Of a DNA stretch of 64,000 nt, positions 8,496 through 18,028 are shown piece by piece. Every line of letters starts with the position of its first letter. Positions within the stretch are counted from its first letter, which is position 1. Location of the stretch: assembly GCA_017467585.1 (NCBI GenBank), contig JAFUSR010000004.1, positions 219,563 to 283,562 on the forward strand. The letters run 5' to 3'. The notes below the pieces were generated by a model. That model saw only the letters and a list, made by a program, of their open reading frames with translations. It was not told the origin of the DNA and ran no database searches. Origin of the DNA: Clostridia bacterium. Lineage in GTDB: Bacteria; Bacillota; Clostridia; Christensenellales; UBA1242. The position numbers and the translations under genes are program-made.

Positions 8496-8881
8496 TGGCA
8501 ACAAGACAAAGAGAGAAATCTGCTAAAATTGCTGCTAGCCGTGACAAACGCGCTAAAGCAATTGCAAGATATGTTCGCATTAGCCCATCAAAAGTTAGAG
8601 TTGTTCTTGATGTAATTCGTGGAAAAGACTATTTGGAAGCAGTTGCAGTTTTAAAGAACATTTCAAACACATCAGCTGAAGCTGTTTTAAAGGTTCTTGA
8701 AAGCGCTGGTGCTAACGCAGAAAATAATTTGGGATTAAACAAGGCTGACCTTTATGTTGCTGAAACATTTGCTGATGCTGGTCAAACTCTTAAGAGATTT
8801 CAACCAGTTAGCAAGGGTAGAGCTCACTCTATCTTAAAGAGAACAAGCCACATCACAGTAATCCTGGATGTTAAGGCGTAG
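8495..8881 (+). CDS. rplV: 50S ribosomal protein L22
   Basis: The 128-aa uL22 protein contains ARYVRISPSKVRVVLDVIRGK. Its start overlaps the rpsS stop. Confidence 0.96.
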   Translation: MATRQREKSAKIAASRDKRAKAIARYVRISPSKVRVVLDVIRGKDYLEAVAVLKNISNTSAEAVLKVLESAGANAENNLGLNKADLYVAETFADAGQTLKRFQPVSKGRAHSILKRTSHITVILDVKA

Positions 8882-8889
8882 GAGGATAT

Positions 8890-9564
8890 ATGGGACAGAA
8901 AGTTAATCCTAATGGTATGAGAATTGGTGTTAACAAAGGTTGGTCAAGCAACTGGATTGCAAACAAACAAGATGTTGCAACTTTTGTTAAAGAAGACCAT
9001 GACATTCGTAAATTCATATCTAATCATTATAAAAACCATTCAATTTCTAAAGTGACAATCGATAGAACAGCTCAAAAAATTATTGTTTCTCTTCACACAA
9101 GCAAACCTGGAATGGTAATTGGCCAAAAGGGTGCTGAGGTTGAAAACATTAAGGCTGGTCTTAACAAGCTTACTGGAAAAGAAATTGTAGTAAACGTAAT
9201 CGAAATTCGTTCACCAGATGCTGACGCACAACTTGTTGCTGAAAGCATTTGTGCTCAACTTGAAGCACGTGTTGGCTTCCGTAGAGCAATGAAACAAGCC
9301 CTCGCACGTTGCCAAAAGGCTGGCGTTAAGGGCGTAAAAATTATGGTTGGCGGCCGTCTTGACGGTGCTGAAATCGCTAGAAGCGAATTCTATCAAGAAG
9401 GTTCACTTCCACTTCAAACACTTCGTGCTAACATTGATTATGGCTTTGCAGAAGCTCATATCTATGGAAAGCTCGGTGTTAAAGTTTGGATTTATAAAGG
9501 TGAAATTCTTGGAAAGGCTAACCTTACTTCTAATGTAGGAGGAAACAAACATGTTGATGCCTAA
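8890..9564 (+). CDS. rpsC: 30S ribosomal protein S3
   Basis: uS3 sequence is present ([22 protein letters not shown] domain [12 protein letters not shown]). Confidence 0.97.
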   Translation: MGQKVNPNGMRIGVNKGWSSNWIANKQDVATFVKEDHDIRKFISNHYKNHSISKVTIDRTAQKIIVSLHTSKPGMVIGQKGAEVENIKAGLNKLTGKEIVVNVIEIRSPDADAQLVAESICAQLEARVGFRRAMKQALARCQKAGVKGVKIMVGGRLDGAEIARSEFYQEGSLPLQTLRANIDYGFAEAHIYGKLGVKVWIYKGEILGKANLTSNVGGNKHVDA

Positions 9565-9985
9565 AAGAGTAAAAAGAAGAAAAGTTCAAAGAGGTAGAAT
9601 GACAGGAAAGGCTACTCGTGGCAACAAAATCACTTATGGTGAATTTGGTATTGTTGCAACAGAACCTTGCTGGATTACCTCTAACCAAATTGAAGCAGCC
9701 CGTGTTGCTATGACAAGATACACAAAACGTGGTGGAAAAGTTTGGATAAAGATTTTCCCAGACAAACCAATTACTAAAAAACCAGCACAAACCCGTATGG
9801 GTAGTGGTAAAGGTAACCCAGAATTTTGGGTTGCTGTTGTAAAACCTGGCAAAGTAATGTTCGAAATGGGTGGCATTAAAGAAGAAACTATTAAAGAAGC
9901 TCTTCGTCTTGCTAGTCACAAACTTCCATGCGCAACTAAAATTGTAGCTAAGGCTGACTTAGAAAACCAAGTGGAGGGTGAATAA
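9551..9985 (+). CDS. rplP: 50S ribosomal protein L16
   Basis: uL16 sequence is present ([24 protein letters not shown]). An AGGAGG RBS lies upstream, and the gene overlaps rpsC by 14 nt. Confidence 0.97.
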   Translation: MLMPKRVKRRKVQRGRMTGKATRGNKITYGEFGIVATEPCWITSNQIEAARVAMTRYTKRGGKVWIKIFPDKPITKKPAQTRMGSGKGNPEFWVAVVKPGKVMFEMGGIKEETIKEALRLASHKLPCATKIVAKADLENQVEGE

Positions 9986-9986
9986 C

Positions 9987-10271
9987 ATGAAGTCTAATGA
10001 ATTTTCAAATATGACAAATGTTGAACTTGCAGACAAACTTGCAAGTTTAAAAGCAGAACTTTTTAATCTGCGTTTCGCTCATGCTACTAACAGTTTATCA
10101 AATCCTTTGCAACTTAAAAATTGCAAGAGAGATATCGCAAGAGTAAAAACTATTATTCGCGAAAGAGAGCTTGGAATTAGCAAAGCTCCTGCAGCAACAG
10201 AAGCAAAACCTGCTAAAAAGGCAGAAAAACCCGCTAAAAAAACTGCAGCTAAAAAGGCGATAAAAGGTTAA
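9987..10271 (+). CDS. rpmC: 50S ribosomal protein L29 with Lys/Ala/Pro-rich C-terminal tail
   Basis: The uL29 core (LKAELFNLRFAHATNSLSNPLQLKNCKRDIARVKTIIRE) is followed by a tail, SKAPAATEAKPAKKAEKPAKKTAAKKAIKG. ATG 9987 lies 8 nt after GGAGGG. Confidence 0.93.
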   Translation: MKSNEFSNMTNVELADKLASLKAELFNLRFAHATNSLSNPLQLKNCKRDIARVKTIIRERELGISKAPAATEAKPAKKAEKPAKKTAAKKAIKG

Positions 10272-10279
10272 GGTGAAGT

Positions 10280-10561
10280 ATGGCAAAAGTAGAAAAGAAA
10301 GTAGTTGAAGAAAGAAATCTTAGAAAAACAAGAATTGGTGTTGTTTCTAGCAATAAGATGGACAAGACAATTACTGTTGAAATTCATTCAAAAGTTAAAC
10401 ACCCAATATACAAAAAAACAGTTAACCACACAACAAAGCTTGTTGCTCATGACGAAAATAACGAGTGCTCAATTGGCGACACAGTTGAAATTGAAGAAAC
10501 TCGTCCACTTTCTAAGAACAAGCGTTGGCGTTTGGTCCGTGTAGTCGAAAAGGTTAAATAA
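10280..10561 (+). CDS. rpsQ: 30S ribosomal protein S17
   Basis: uS17 sequence is present ([21 protein letters not shown]..., [12 protein letters not shown]). Confidence 0.96.
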   Translation: MAKVEKKVVEERNLRKTRIGVVSSNKMDKTITVEIHSKVKHPIYKKTVNHTTKLVAHDENNECSIGDTVEIEETRPLSKNKRWRLVRVVEKVK

Positions 10562-10578
10562 CGAGGGAGAAGAGAGAT

Positions 10579-10947
10579 ATGATACAACCACAAACTAGAC
10601 TTAAAGTCGCAGATAACACTGGTGCTAAAGAAATCATGTGTATCAAAGTTCTTGGTGGTTCAAAACGCAGATATGCTAGCCTTGGTGACATCATTGTTGC
10701 AAGTGTAAAAACTGCAACTCCTGGTGGCGCAGTTAAAAAAGGTGATGTTGTTAAAGCTGTTGTTGTTAGAACTGAAAAAGAAGTTCGCAGACCAGATGGC
10801 TCAACAATTCGTTTTGATGACAACGCTGCTGTTGTTATTGATAACCAAAAACAACCAAGAGGAACTCGTATATTTGGACCTATTGCTCGTGAGCTTCGTG
10901 ATAAAGATTTCATGAAAATTATCTCACTTGCACCAGAAGTAATTTAG
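10579..10947 (+). CDS. rplN: 50S ribosomal protein L14
   Basis: uL14 sequence is present ([28 protein letters not shown]). Confidence 0.98.
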   Translation: MIQPQTRLKVADNTGAKEIMCIKVLGGSKRRYASLGDIIVASVKTATPGGAVKKGDVVKAVVVRTEKEVRRPDGSTIRFDDNAAVVIDNQKQPRGTRIFGPIARELRDKDFMKIISLAPEVI

Positions 10948-10959
10948 GAGGAGTAACAG

Positions 10960-11481
10960 ATGGCAAATTTAAACGTTAAAACTGGCGACACCGTTTTGGT
11001 GATTTCAGGAAAAGATGCTGGAAAGCAAGGAAAAGTGCTTTCAGTTGCTCCAAAAGCAAAAAGAGTTGTTGTTGAAGGTGTTAACCTTGTTTCAAAAACT
11101 CACAAAGCACGCAGCGCTCAAGATAAGAGCGAAATTCGCAAAGTAGAAGGCGCTATTGACATTTCTAATGTTATGCCAATTTGCCCAAAATGTGGCAAGG
11201 CAACACGTGTTCACCACGCAGTTGTTGATGGCAAAAAGGTTAGAGTTTGCAAATGTGGTGCTAACTTAGACGAAAAAGCTGCAAAAGTTGAAAAGAAAAC
11301 TGCTAGCAAAAAGGCTGCTCCTGCAGAACCTGTAGCAGAAGAAAAACCAGTTAAAAAGGCTGCTGTTAAAACAGCTGCAAAGAAGACAAGCAAAGCTGCT
11401 GAAACAAAAGTTAAAGCAACAAAAGCTGCTTCAACCAAAAAGACAACAACAACTGGTAAATCATCTCAAAGAGGAGTGTAG
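10960..11481 (+). CDS. rplX: 50S ribosomal protein L24 with Cys4 knuckle and long Lys/Ala-rich tail
   Basis: The KOW core is GDTVLVISGKDAGKQGKV. The segment CPKCGKATRVHHAVVDGKKVRVCKCG follows, and then a basic tail of about 68 aa. Total length is 173 aa, against roughly 100 aa for a typical L24. Confidence 0.93.
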   Translation: MANLNVKTGDTVLVISGKDAGKQGKVLSVAPKAKRVVVEGVNLVSKTHKARSAQDKSEIRKVEGAIDISNVMPICPKCGKATRVHHAVVDGKKVRVCKCGANLDEKAAKVEKKTASKKAAPAEPVAEEKPVKKAAVKTAAKKTSKAAETKVKATKAASTKKTTTTGKSSQRGV

Positions 11482-11484
11482 AAC

Positions 11485-12033
11485 ATGGCAGAACAAAACA
11501 GATTAAAAGAAAAATATGTAAAAGAAGTTGTCCCTGCACTTGTTAAAGAATTTGGCTACAAAAATATTAACCAAGTTCCAAAACTTGACAGAATTGTTCT
11601 TAACATGGGTCTTGGTGATGAAAAGGATAACTCAAAGAGCTTTAACCTTGCTGTTGAAGAACTTGAATCAATTGCTGGTCAAAAGGCAGTTGTGACAAAA
11701 GCTAAAAAATCTGTTGCTAACTTCAAACTTAGAAGTGGACAAAAGGTTGGCGCAAAGGTTACTCTTCGTGGAACAAGAATGTATGAATTTATGGATAAGT
11801 TTATGGCTATTGCTCTTCCACGTGTTCGTGACTTCCGTGGTTTGAACCCTAATGCGTTCGACGGCAGAGGAAACTATGCATATGGAGTTAAAGAACAACT
11901 TATATTCCCAGAAATTTCATATGACAAAATTGAAAAAGTTCGCGGATTTGATGTTTGCTTCGTAACAACTGCAAACACAGACGCAGAGGCAAGAAGCCTT
12001 CTTTCTAAGATGGGCATGCCTTTCAAAAAATAG
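11485..12033 (+). CDS. rplE: 50S ribosomal protein L5
   Basis: uL5 sequence is present ([38 protein letters not shown]). Confidence 0.97.
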   Translation: MAEQNRLKEKYVKEVVPALVKEFGYKNINQVPKLDRIVLNMGLGDEKDNSKSFNLAVEELESIAGQKAVVTKAKKSVANFKLRSGQKVGAKVTLRGTRMYEFMDKFMAIALPRVRDFRGLNPNAFDGRGNYAYGVKEQLIFPEISYDKIEKVRGFDVCFVTTANTDAEARSLLSKMGMPFKK

Positions 12034-12051
12034 TGGAGCAAGGAGAAGAAT

Positions 12052-12237
12052 ATGGCAAAAACATCTATGAAAGTTAAACAGCAAAGACCTGCTAAATTTA
12101 GCACACGCGCATATACTCGTTGCTCAATTTGTGGCAGACCACACGCTGTTCTTAAAAAATATGGCATTTGCAGAATTTGCTTCAGAAATCTTGCTTATAA
12201 AGGCGAGATTCCTGGCGTGAAAAAGGCAAGCTGGTAA
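12052..12237 (+). CDS. rpsN: 30S ribosomal protein S14 type Z (zinc form)
   Basis: The 61-aa protein has [22 protein letters not shown] (CxxC...CxxC). Confidence 0.96.
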   Translation: MAKTSMKVKQQRPAKFSTRAYTRCSICGRPHAVLKKYGICRICFRNLAYKGEIPGVKKASW

Positions 12238-12253
12238 GGAGGAAAAATAAGAT

Positions 12254-12649
12254 ATGGTATCAGATCCAATTGCAGATATGCTTACACGCATTAGAAATGC
12301 GCTTAACGTAAGACATGAAACTGTTTCTATGGAAACATCTAAAATGAAAAAAGCGATTGCTCAAATTCTTTTAGACGAAGGTTATATTGCATCTTATGAA
12401 GAAGTTACAGAAGGAAAATTCACAAATCTTGTTATCAAACTTAAATATGGTGCAAGAGGCGAGAAGGTTATTTCTGGCTTGAAAAGAATCTCTAAGCCTG
12501 GTCTTAAAATTTATGCAAACGCAGACGAACTTCCAAGAGTTCTTTCTGGTCTCGGCATTGCCATTGTGTCTACATCTAAGGGTGTTATGACAGATAAAAA
12601 TGCTAGAAAACTTAATGTTGGTGGCGAAGTTCTCGCCTATGTATGGTAG
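12254..12649 (+). CDS. rpsH: 30S ribosomal protein S8
   Basis: uS8 sequence is present ([13 protein letters not shown]...). Confidence 0.97.
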   Translation: MVSDPIADMLTRIRNALNVRHETVSMETSKMKKAIAQILLDEGYIASYEEVTEGKFTNLVIKLKYGARGEKVISGLKRISKPGLKIYANADELPRVLSGLGIAIVSTSKGVMTDKNARKLNVGGEVLAYVW

Positions 12650-12658
12650 GAGGAAATC

Positions 12659-13204
12659 ATGAGTAGAATTGGTAGAGCTCCTATTAGTGTTCCAGCTGGT
12701 GTAACAGTTGATGTGAACACAGAAAACGAAGTTATTGTTACTGGACCAAAAGGTTCGCTCAGACAATGGGTTGACCCAACATGCATTAAAGTTGCTGTTG
12801 AAAACGGACATGTTGTATTGTCTCGCAACAGTGATGAAAACCAAATTAAAGCAAAACACGGTCTCTACAGAGCGCTTATTGCTAACATGGTTAAAGGTGT
12901 GGTTGAAGGTTATTCAAAATCAGTTACCATTTCTGGAATCGGTTACAAATGTGCCGTTCAAGGAAACAAAATTGTTTTGAATATTGGATATTCTCATCCA
13001 GTAAACATTGAAATTCCACGTGGACTTACTGCAACTTGCCCAAGCGCAACAGAAATTGTTATTAGTGGAATTGACAAAACTGCTGTTGGTCAGTTTGCTG
13101 CAGATATCAAAGCTCTTAAGAAGGTTGAACCTTATCACGGCTATGGTATTTACTATACAAACGAACCTGTTCGCAGAAAAGAAATTAAAAAGGGTAAGAA
13201 ATAA
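12659..13204 (+). CDS. rplF: 50S ribosomal protein L6
   Basis: uL6 sequence is present (MSRIGRAPISVPAGVTV...). Confidence 0.97.
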   Translation: MSRIGRAPISVPAGVTVDVNTENEVIVTGPKGSLRQWVDPTCIKVAVENGHVVLSRNSDENQIKAKHGLYRALIANMVKGVVEGYSKSVTISGIGYKCAVQGNKIVLNIGYSHPVNIEIPRGLTATCPSATEIVISGIDKTAVGQFAADIKALKKVEPYHGYGIYYTNEPVRRKEIKKGKK

Positions 13205-13216
13205 GGAGGGTAAGAT

Positions 13217-13585
13217 ATGTTTAAGAAAGCTAATAAAAATGCAGTTAGAAAAGCAAAACACGATAGAATTAGAAATGATCTTCGTGGAACAAAAGAACAA
13301 CCAAGACTTAATGTCTATCGTTCAACAACACATATCTATGCTCAAATTATCGATGATGCTGCAGGCAAAACACTTTGCAGCGCATCTAGCCTAGATAAAG
13401 AACTTGCTGGAAAACTTGAAGGCAAAACAAAGGCTGAAGTTGCTTATGAAGTTGGTAAACTTGTTGGCAGCCGCGCTAAAAAATTAAAAATCAAAAAAGT
13501 CGTATTTGACCGTGGTGGATATATCTACACTGGTCGTGTGCAACGCTTGGCCGAAGGCGCAAGAGATGCAGGACTTGAATTTTAG
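13217..13585 (+). CDS. rplR: 50S ribosomal protein L18
   Basis: uL18 sequence is present ([19 protein letters not shown]..., [26 protein letters not shown]). Confidence 0.97.
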   Translation: MFKKANKNAVRKAKHDRIRNDLRGTKEQPRLNVYRSTTHIYAQIIDDAAGKTLCSASSLDKELAGKLEGKTKAEVAYEVGKLVGSRAKKLKIKKVVFDRGGYIYTGRVQRLAEGARDAGLEF

Positions 13586-13594
13586 GAGATTGTT

Positions 13595-14206
13595 ATGGCA
13601 GAATTAGAAACAAAAGTAGTGGAAGCTGCACAAGAAGCTCCAGTTAGCGAAACAGCTGAAAAACAAGAAAGACCAGCAAGAGGCAAAAAATTCGAACGTC
13701 GTCCTCGTCGTGAAAGAAAAGAAGAGAAAGGCGATGGCCTCGACAAAAAGATGGTTACCGTTAACCGTATTTCTAAAACTGTTAAAGGTGGACGCAAAAT
13801 GCGTTTCAACGCAGTTGTGGTTGTTGGTGACAAAAACGGTAGAATTGGTGTTGGAATGGGTAAGGCAGCAGAAGTTACACTTGCTATTGAAAAAGCAACA
13901 TCAGATGCTAAACACCATCTTGTTACAATTGCACTCAACGGAACAACAATACCTCACGAAATTATAGGAAAATTTGAAACAACAAAAATTCTTATGATGC
14001 CAAGTAAAGAAGGTACTGGAGTTATCGCCGGTGGTGCCGTTCGTGATGTAGTAGAAATGGCAGGAATTAAGGATATCACAGCTAAATCATTTGGCTCAAA
14101 CAACCCTGTAAACTGCGTTAAAGCTACTTTTGACGGACTTAAAAAACTTAGAAACGCTGAACAAATTGCTGCAATTCGTGGCAAATCAGTAGATGAAATT
14201 AGATAG
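13595..14206 (+). CDS. rpsE: 30S ribosomal protein S5 with charged N-terminal extension
   Basis: The uS5 core (VTVNRISKTVKGGRKMRFNAVVVVGD...) is preceded by about 50 aa of E/K/R-rich sequence. Total length is 203 aa. Confidence 0.95.
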   Translation: MAELETKVVEAAQEAPVSETAEKQERPARGKKFERRPRRERKEEKGDGLDKKMVTVNRISKTVKGGRKMRFNAVVVVGDKNGRIGVGMGKAAEVTLAIEKATSDAKHHLVTIALNGTTIPHEIIGKFETTKILMMPSKEGTGVIAGGAVRDVVEMAGIKDITAKSFGSNNPVNCVKATFDGLKKLRNAEQIAAIRGKSVDEIR

Positions 14207-14216
14207 GAGAAAGAAA

Positions 14217-14627
14217 ATGGCAGAAACAAAGACTACTGCAGCTAAAAAACCAGCTGCAAAAAAGACAACAACTGCTGCTGCAAAAGCTCCTGCTAAAAAG
14301 GCTACAACAACTGCAAAAGCTCCTGCTAAAAAGGCTGCAACAACTGCAAAAAAAGCAGCTCCTAAAGCAGAGGCAAAAGTAGAAAAGGTTGAGGCTGTTG
14401 CAGAAGTTAAAGTAGAAGCTCCTAAAAAGGCTGCTAGCAAGAAAGCTGAAAAGCAACTTAAAATCACACTTGTTAAGAGTGGTTTTGGCAGACTTGAAAA
14501 ACAAAAACGTACACTTGAGGCTCTTGGCCTTAGAAAAACAAATAGCTCAACTATTAAACCAGATAACGCTTGCACAAGAGGAATGATTTTTGTTGTTAAG
14601 CATCTTGTTAAAGTTGAAGAAATTTAA
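14217..14627 (+). CDS. rpmD: 50S ribosomal protein L30 with ~75-aa Ala/Lys/Thr-rich N-terminal extension
   Basis: The uL30 core lies at the C-terminus (LKITLVKSGFGRLEKQKRTLEALGLRK...). ATG 14217 follows AGGAGA. The track start at 14193 overlaps the end of rpsE. Confidence 0.9.
   Translation: MAETKTTAAKKPAAKKTTTAAAKAPAKKATTTAKAPAKKAATTAKKAAPKAEAKVEKVEAVAEVKVEAPKKAASKKAEKQLKITLVKSGFGRLEKQKRTLEALGLRKTNSSTIKPDNACTRGMIFVVKHLVKVEEI
14280..14345 (+). repeat. Tandem 33-nt in-frame duplication inside rpmD (AKAPAKKATTT x2)
   Basis: GCAAAAGCTCCTGCTAAAAAGGCT[A/G]CAACAACT occurs twice back to back (14280-14312 and 14313-14345) with 1 mismatch. Confidence 0.9.
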
Positions 14628-14642
14628 TCAAGGAGAATGAAC

Positions 14643-15086
14643 ATGAAATTACATAATTTAGCTCCAGCACCAGGCTCTACACAAAAAACAAAGAGACTTG
14701 GTCGTGGTACAGGTTCAGGACTTGGTAAGACATCAGGAAAAGGCCACAAGGGTCAAAACGCTCGTAGTGGCGGTGGAGTTCGCCCAGGATTTGAAGGCGG
14801 ACAAATGCCTCTTATTCGTAGACTTCCTAAAAGAGGATTTACAAATAACTGGCAAAAAGAATATACTACTGTTAATGTCGGCGACCTTGAAAAACTTGAA
14901 AATGGCACAGTTGTTACAGCTGAGCTTTTGAAAGAAAAGGGAATTATCTCTAAGGTTGAGGCTTATGGACTTAAGGTTCTTGGTAACGGCAATTTAACAA
15001 AAAAACTTACTGTTAAGGCAGCTAAGTTTACTGGCTCTGCAGCTGACAAGATTGCAGCAGCTGGTGGAAGCATTGAGGTGGTATAA
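14643..15086 (+). CDS. rplO: 50S ribosomal protein L15
   Basis: uL15 sequence is present ([38 protein letters not shown]). ATG 14643 lies 7 nt after AAGGAG, and ATG 14637 is also possible. Confidence 0.95.
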   Translation: MKLHNLAPAPGSTQKTKRLGRGTGSGLGKTSGKGHKGQNARSGGGVRPGFEGGQMPLIRRLPKRGFTNNWQKEYTTVNVGDLEKLENGTVVTAELLKEKGIISKVEAYGLKVLGNGNLTKKLTVKAAKFTGSAADKIAAAGGSIEVV

Positions 15087-16381
15087 TGTTTAGTTCTCTC
15101 GCAAGTGCATTTAAGGATAAAGAAATACGAAAGAAAATCTTAATTGTGCTCCTGTTATTGTTTGTTTATAGACTTGGATGTTTTCTTCCAGTTCCTGGAC
15201 TTAACATCTCAACATTTCAATCTATCACACAAAACGATAGTGTTGGAATTCTGAGCCTTTTGAACACTGTAACTGGTAGTGCTCTTTCTAATGCTGCGTT
15301 CTTTGCGCTTGGAGTTACTCCATACATTAACGCATCAATCATTGTGCAACTTTTAACTGTTGGTATTCCTGCTCTTGAAAGACTTTCTAAACAAGGCGAC
15401 GAGGGTAGAGAAAAAATCAATCTTATCACAAAAATTGTAGCAATTGTGCTTGCAATTGCTCAAGGTGTTGGAATTGTGCTTGGTTATCAAGAAACACTTT
15501 CACCAATCTTTGGACAAAACTTGATTTGGCTTACTGGCGTTATGGTTGTTGTTCTGCTCGTTGCAGGAACATGCATGACTATGTGGATTGGCGATAGAAT
15601 CACTGCCCAAGGAATTGGCAATGGTTTGTCTCTTATCATCTTTGTTGGTATCATCGCAACATCTGCACAGTCTATCGCAAACGCTATCTATAGTGTATTT
15701 ACATCTAGCGTATCTTATTTGTGGGAACTTCTTGGCTTCATTTTGATGGCAGTTGTTCTGTTTGCCCTTATTGTTTGGGTTGATGGAGCAGAAAGAAGAA
15801 TTCCTGTTCAATATGCAAAACAAGTTAAAGGAAGAAAGATGTATGGCGGTCAATCTTCATATATTCCTATGAAGGTTAACGCATCTGGTGTTATGCCAAT
15901 CATCTTTGCGAGTGCTATTATCACATTCCCATCACTCATAATCAGCTTGTTCTGGCCAACTAGCAGCTTTGCTACTTGGTGGGGCACCTATATGGGAACT
16001 GGTTCTATTGTTTATAGCATCTTGCTTGCGCTTCTCATCTTATTCTTCTCATATTTCTATGCTCAAATGCAGTTTAATCCTGCTGATGTGAGCTTGAATA
16101 TTCAGCAAAATGGTGGATTTATTCCTGGTATTCGTGCCGGAAAACCAACAACTGATTATCTCACAAGAGTTTCTAGAAGAATAACATTGTTTGGTGCAAT
16201 ATTCCTTGCATTCTTGGCTCTTGTGCCTTCTATCATATTCCGTGTTGTTGCTGGTGGACAATTGTCGCTTCTTAATGCATTTACTGCAACAGGAATGCTG
16301 ATTATTGTTTCAGTTGCTCTAGAACTTAACCAACAACTAGACGCACAACTTATGATGAAGAGACACAAAAATATTCTATAA
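15086..16381 (+). CDS. secY: Preprotein translocase subunit SecY
   Basis: The 431-aa multi-TM protein has SecY motifs (ALGVTPYINASIIVQLL, GIGNGLSLIIFVGI). It sits in the conserved position after rplO. Confidence 0.97.
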   Translation: MFSSLASAFKDKEIRKKILIVLLLLFVYRLGCFLPVPGLNISTFQSITQNDSVGILSLLNTVTGSALSNAAFFALGVTPYINASIIVQLLTVGIPALERLSKQGDEGREKINLITKIVAIVLAIAQGVGIVLGYQETLSPIFGQNLIWLTGVMVVVLLVAGTCMTMWIGDRITAQGIGNGLSLIIFVGIIATSAQSIANAIYSVFTSSVSYLWELLGFILMAVVLFALIVWVDGAERRIPVQYAKQVKGRKMYGGQSSYIPMKVNASGVMPIIFASAIITFPSLIISLFWPTSSFATWWGTYMGTGSIVYSILLALLILFFSYFYAQMQFNPADVSLNIQQNGGFIPGIRAGKPTTDYLTRVSRRITLFGAIFLAFLALVPSIIFRVVAGGQLSLLNAFTATGMLIIVSVALELNQQLDAQLMMKRHKNIL

Positions 16382-16390
16382 GGTGATAAA

Positions 16391-17014
16391 ATGAGGCTGC
16401 TTATTATGGGTCCGCAGGGTTCAGGAAAGGGAACTGCTGCGCAAGAACTATCTAATATTTTGAAAATTCCAACAATTTCTACTGGAGATTTGTTTAGAAC
16501 AGAAGCCGCAAGTGGAAGTGAACTCGGAAACAGGCTGAAGTCTATTATTGACTCTGGTTCCTTGGTTCCAGATGAACTTACGGTTGGCATTTTAAAACAA
16601 AGACTTTTGCAAGACGATTGTAAAAACGGATATATGTTAGATGGCTTTCCTAGAACCATGGAGCAAGCACGACTTCTTGAAAATATTTCACAGATTGACA
16701 AAGTTCTCTATCTCGATGTCGATTTTGATACTGTTATCGAACGCATTGGTGGTAGAAGAACTTGTCCAAAATGTGGTCACATCCACAATGTAAAATTTGC
16801 TGGTGATCCTAACTACTGCTCTGTGTGTGGAACGAAATATGTTGTTCGTGCTGACGACACAGAAGAGGCAATAAGAAAAAGACTTGATACTTTTACTCAA
16901 AAAACCCTTCCTATTGTAGAACACTTCAGACAGAAAGGTTTGGTTTTAAGTGTTGATGCTAGCAGAACCCCAGAGTATACATTGAAGCAAATTCTTAAAG
17001 GACTGGGAAAATAG
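16391..17014 (+). CDS. adk: Adenylate kinase (zinc-lid form)
   Basis: The P-loop (GPQGSGKGT) and the lid (CPKCGHIHN...CSVCG) are both present. Confidence 0.96.
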   Translation: MRLLIMGPQGSGKGTAAQELSNILKIPTISTGDLFRTEAASGSELGNRLKSIIDSGSLVPDELTVGILKQRLLQDDCKNGYMLDGFPRTMEQARLLENISQIDKVLYLDVDFDTVIERIGGRRTCPKCGHIHNVKFAGDPNYCSVCGTKYVVRADDTEEAIRKRLDTFTQKTLPIVEHFRQKGLVLSVDASRTPEYTLKQILKGLGK

Positions 17015-17017
17015 TTG

Positions 17018-17788
17018 ATGATTACCACAAAAAATCAAAAAGAAATTGAACTTATGAAAATTGCCGGAGACATAACCATTCGAGCAATCGAAGAGGTTGG
17101 AAAGCATATTCGCCCTGGCATTTCAACTAAAGAACTAGACAAAATCGCTCATGACTACATTGTTAGTCGTGGTGCAAAGCCATCTTGCTTAGGCTATCAG
17201 GGCTTTCCTGGAACAATCTGCGCTTCGGTCGACGAAGTTGTTGTTCACGGAATTCCTAGTGATGATATCATTTTGCAAGAAGGACAAATAATCAGCATCG
17301 ACTGCGTGGCTAGCTATAAAGGTTATCACGGTGATGCTGCAAGAACATTTGCTGTTGGAAACATCAGCGAAGAAAAACAAAAACTCATAAAAGTTACTGA
17401 AGAATGCTTCTGGAAAGCTCTCGAAGGGCTTAAAGACGGAAGCAGGCTTGGTGATATCGGTGCTGCAGTGCAAAAGAACGCCGAAAAACATGGATTTGGC
17501 TCAGTTAGAGAAATGGGCGGTCACGGAATTGGCAGACATATGCATGAAGATCCATTTGTTCCTATGTTTGGAACGGCTGGCACTGGTATGAAACTCAAAA
17601 CCGGCATGACAATTGCGATTGAACCAATGATTACAGCTGGAACTTGGGAACTCCGCCTAAACGGCTGGGATGCCAGAACAAAAGATGGCAGACCAAGTGC
17701 ACACTATGAAAACACGGTTTTAATTAAAGATGACGGTGTTGAAATATTAACCAAAAAATTGGAGGCAAACAATTTTGAGCAAAGATGA
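17018..17788 (+). CDS. map: Type I methionine aminopeptidase
   Basis: MetAP motifs are present (VVHGIPS, DCVASYKGYHGDAARTF, GHGIGRHMHEDP, EPMI). ATG 17018 is used, and TTG 17015 is an alternative. Confidence 0.95.
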   Translation: MITTKNQKEIELMKIAGDITIRAIEEVGKHIRPGISTKELDKIAHDYIVSRGAKPSCLGYQGFPGTICASVDEVVVHGIPSDDIILQEGQIISIDCVASYKGYHGDAARTFAVGNISEEKQKLIKVTEECFWKALEGLKDGSRLGDIGAAVQKNAEKHGFGSVREMGGHGIGRHMHEDPFVPMFGTAGTGMKLKTGMTIAIEPMITAGTWELRLNGWDARTKDGRPSAHYENTVLIKDDGVEILTKKLEANNFEQR

Positions 17789-17993
17789 TGTTATAGAAAC
17801 TGAGGGCGTTGTTGTTGAAGCCATGCCTGGTGCGACATTTAAAGTTAAAATCGCAGGTGGCCATATTATAACAGCATATCTATCAGGAAAGTTATGGAAA
17901 AACTATATTCACGTTTACGAAGGTGATACAGTGAAACTTGAAATGAGCCCTTACGACTTAACTCGTGGCAGAATTATTTGGCGAAGCAAGTAA
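17775..17993 (+). CDS. infA: Translation initiation factor IF-1
   Basis: The 72-aa protein begins SKDDVIETEGVVVEAMPGATFKV. It uses a TTG start 9 nt after GGAGG and overlaps the end of map. Confidence 0.95.
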   Translation: MSKDDVIETEGVVVEAMPGATFKVKIAGGHIITAYLSGKLWKNYIHVYEGDTVKLEMSPYDLTRGRIIWRSK

Positions 17994-18028
17994 AATTTAA
18001 AAGGAAAAATTTATAAGGAGAAGCAAAA

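Noticed and set aside
14217-14460. Repetitive GCT/GCA/AAA-rich DNA in rpmD, rplX (11275-11478) and rpmC (10176-10268) could be a non-coding tandem repeat or CRISPR-like array.
   Set aside because: The repeats are in frame with conserved ribosomal protein cores and encode Ala/Lys/Pro/Thr low-complexity tails. There is no repeat-spacer organisation, and no CRISPR array exists anywhere in the window.
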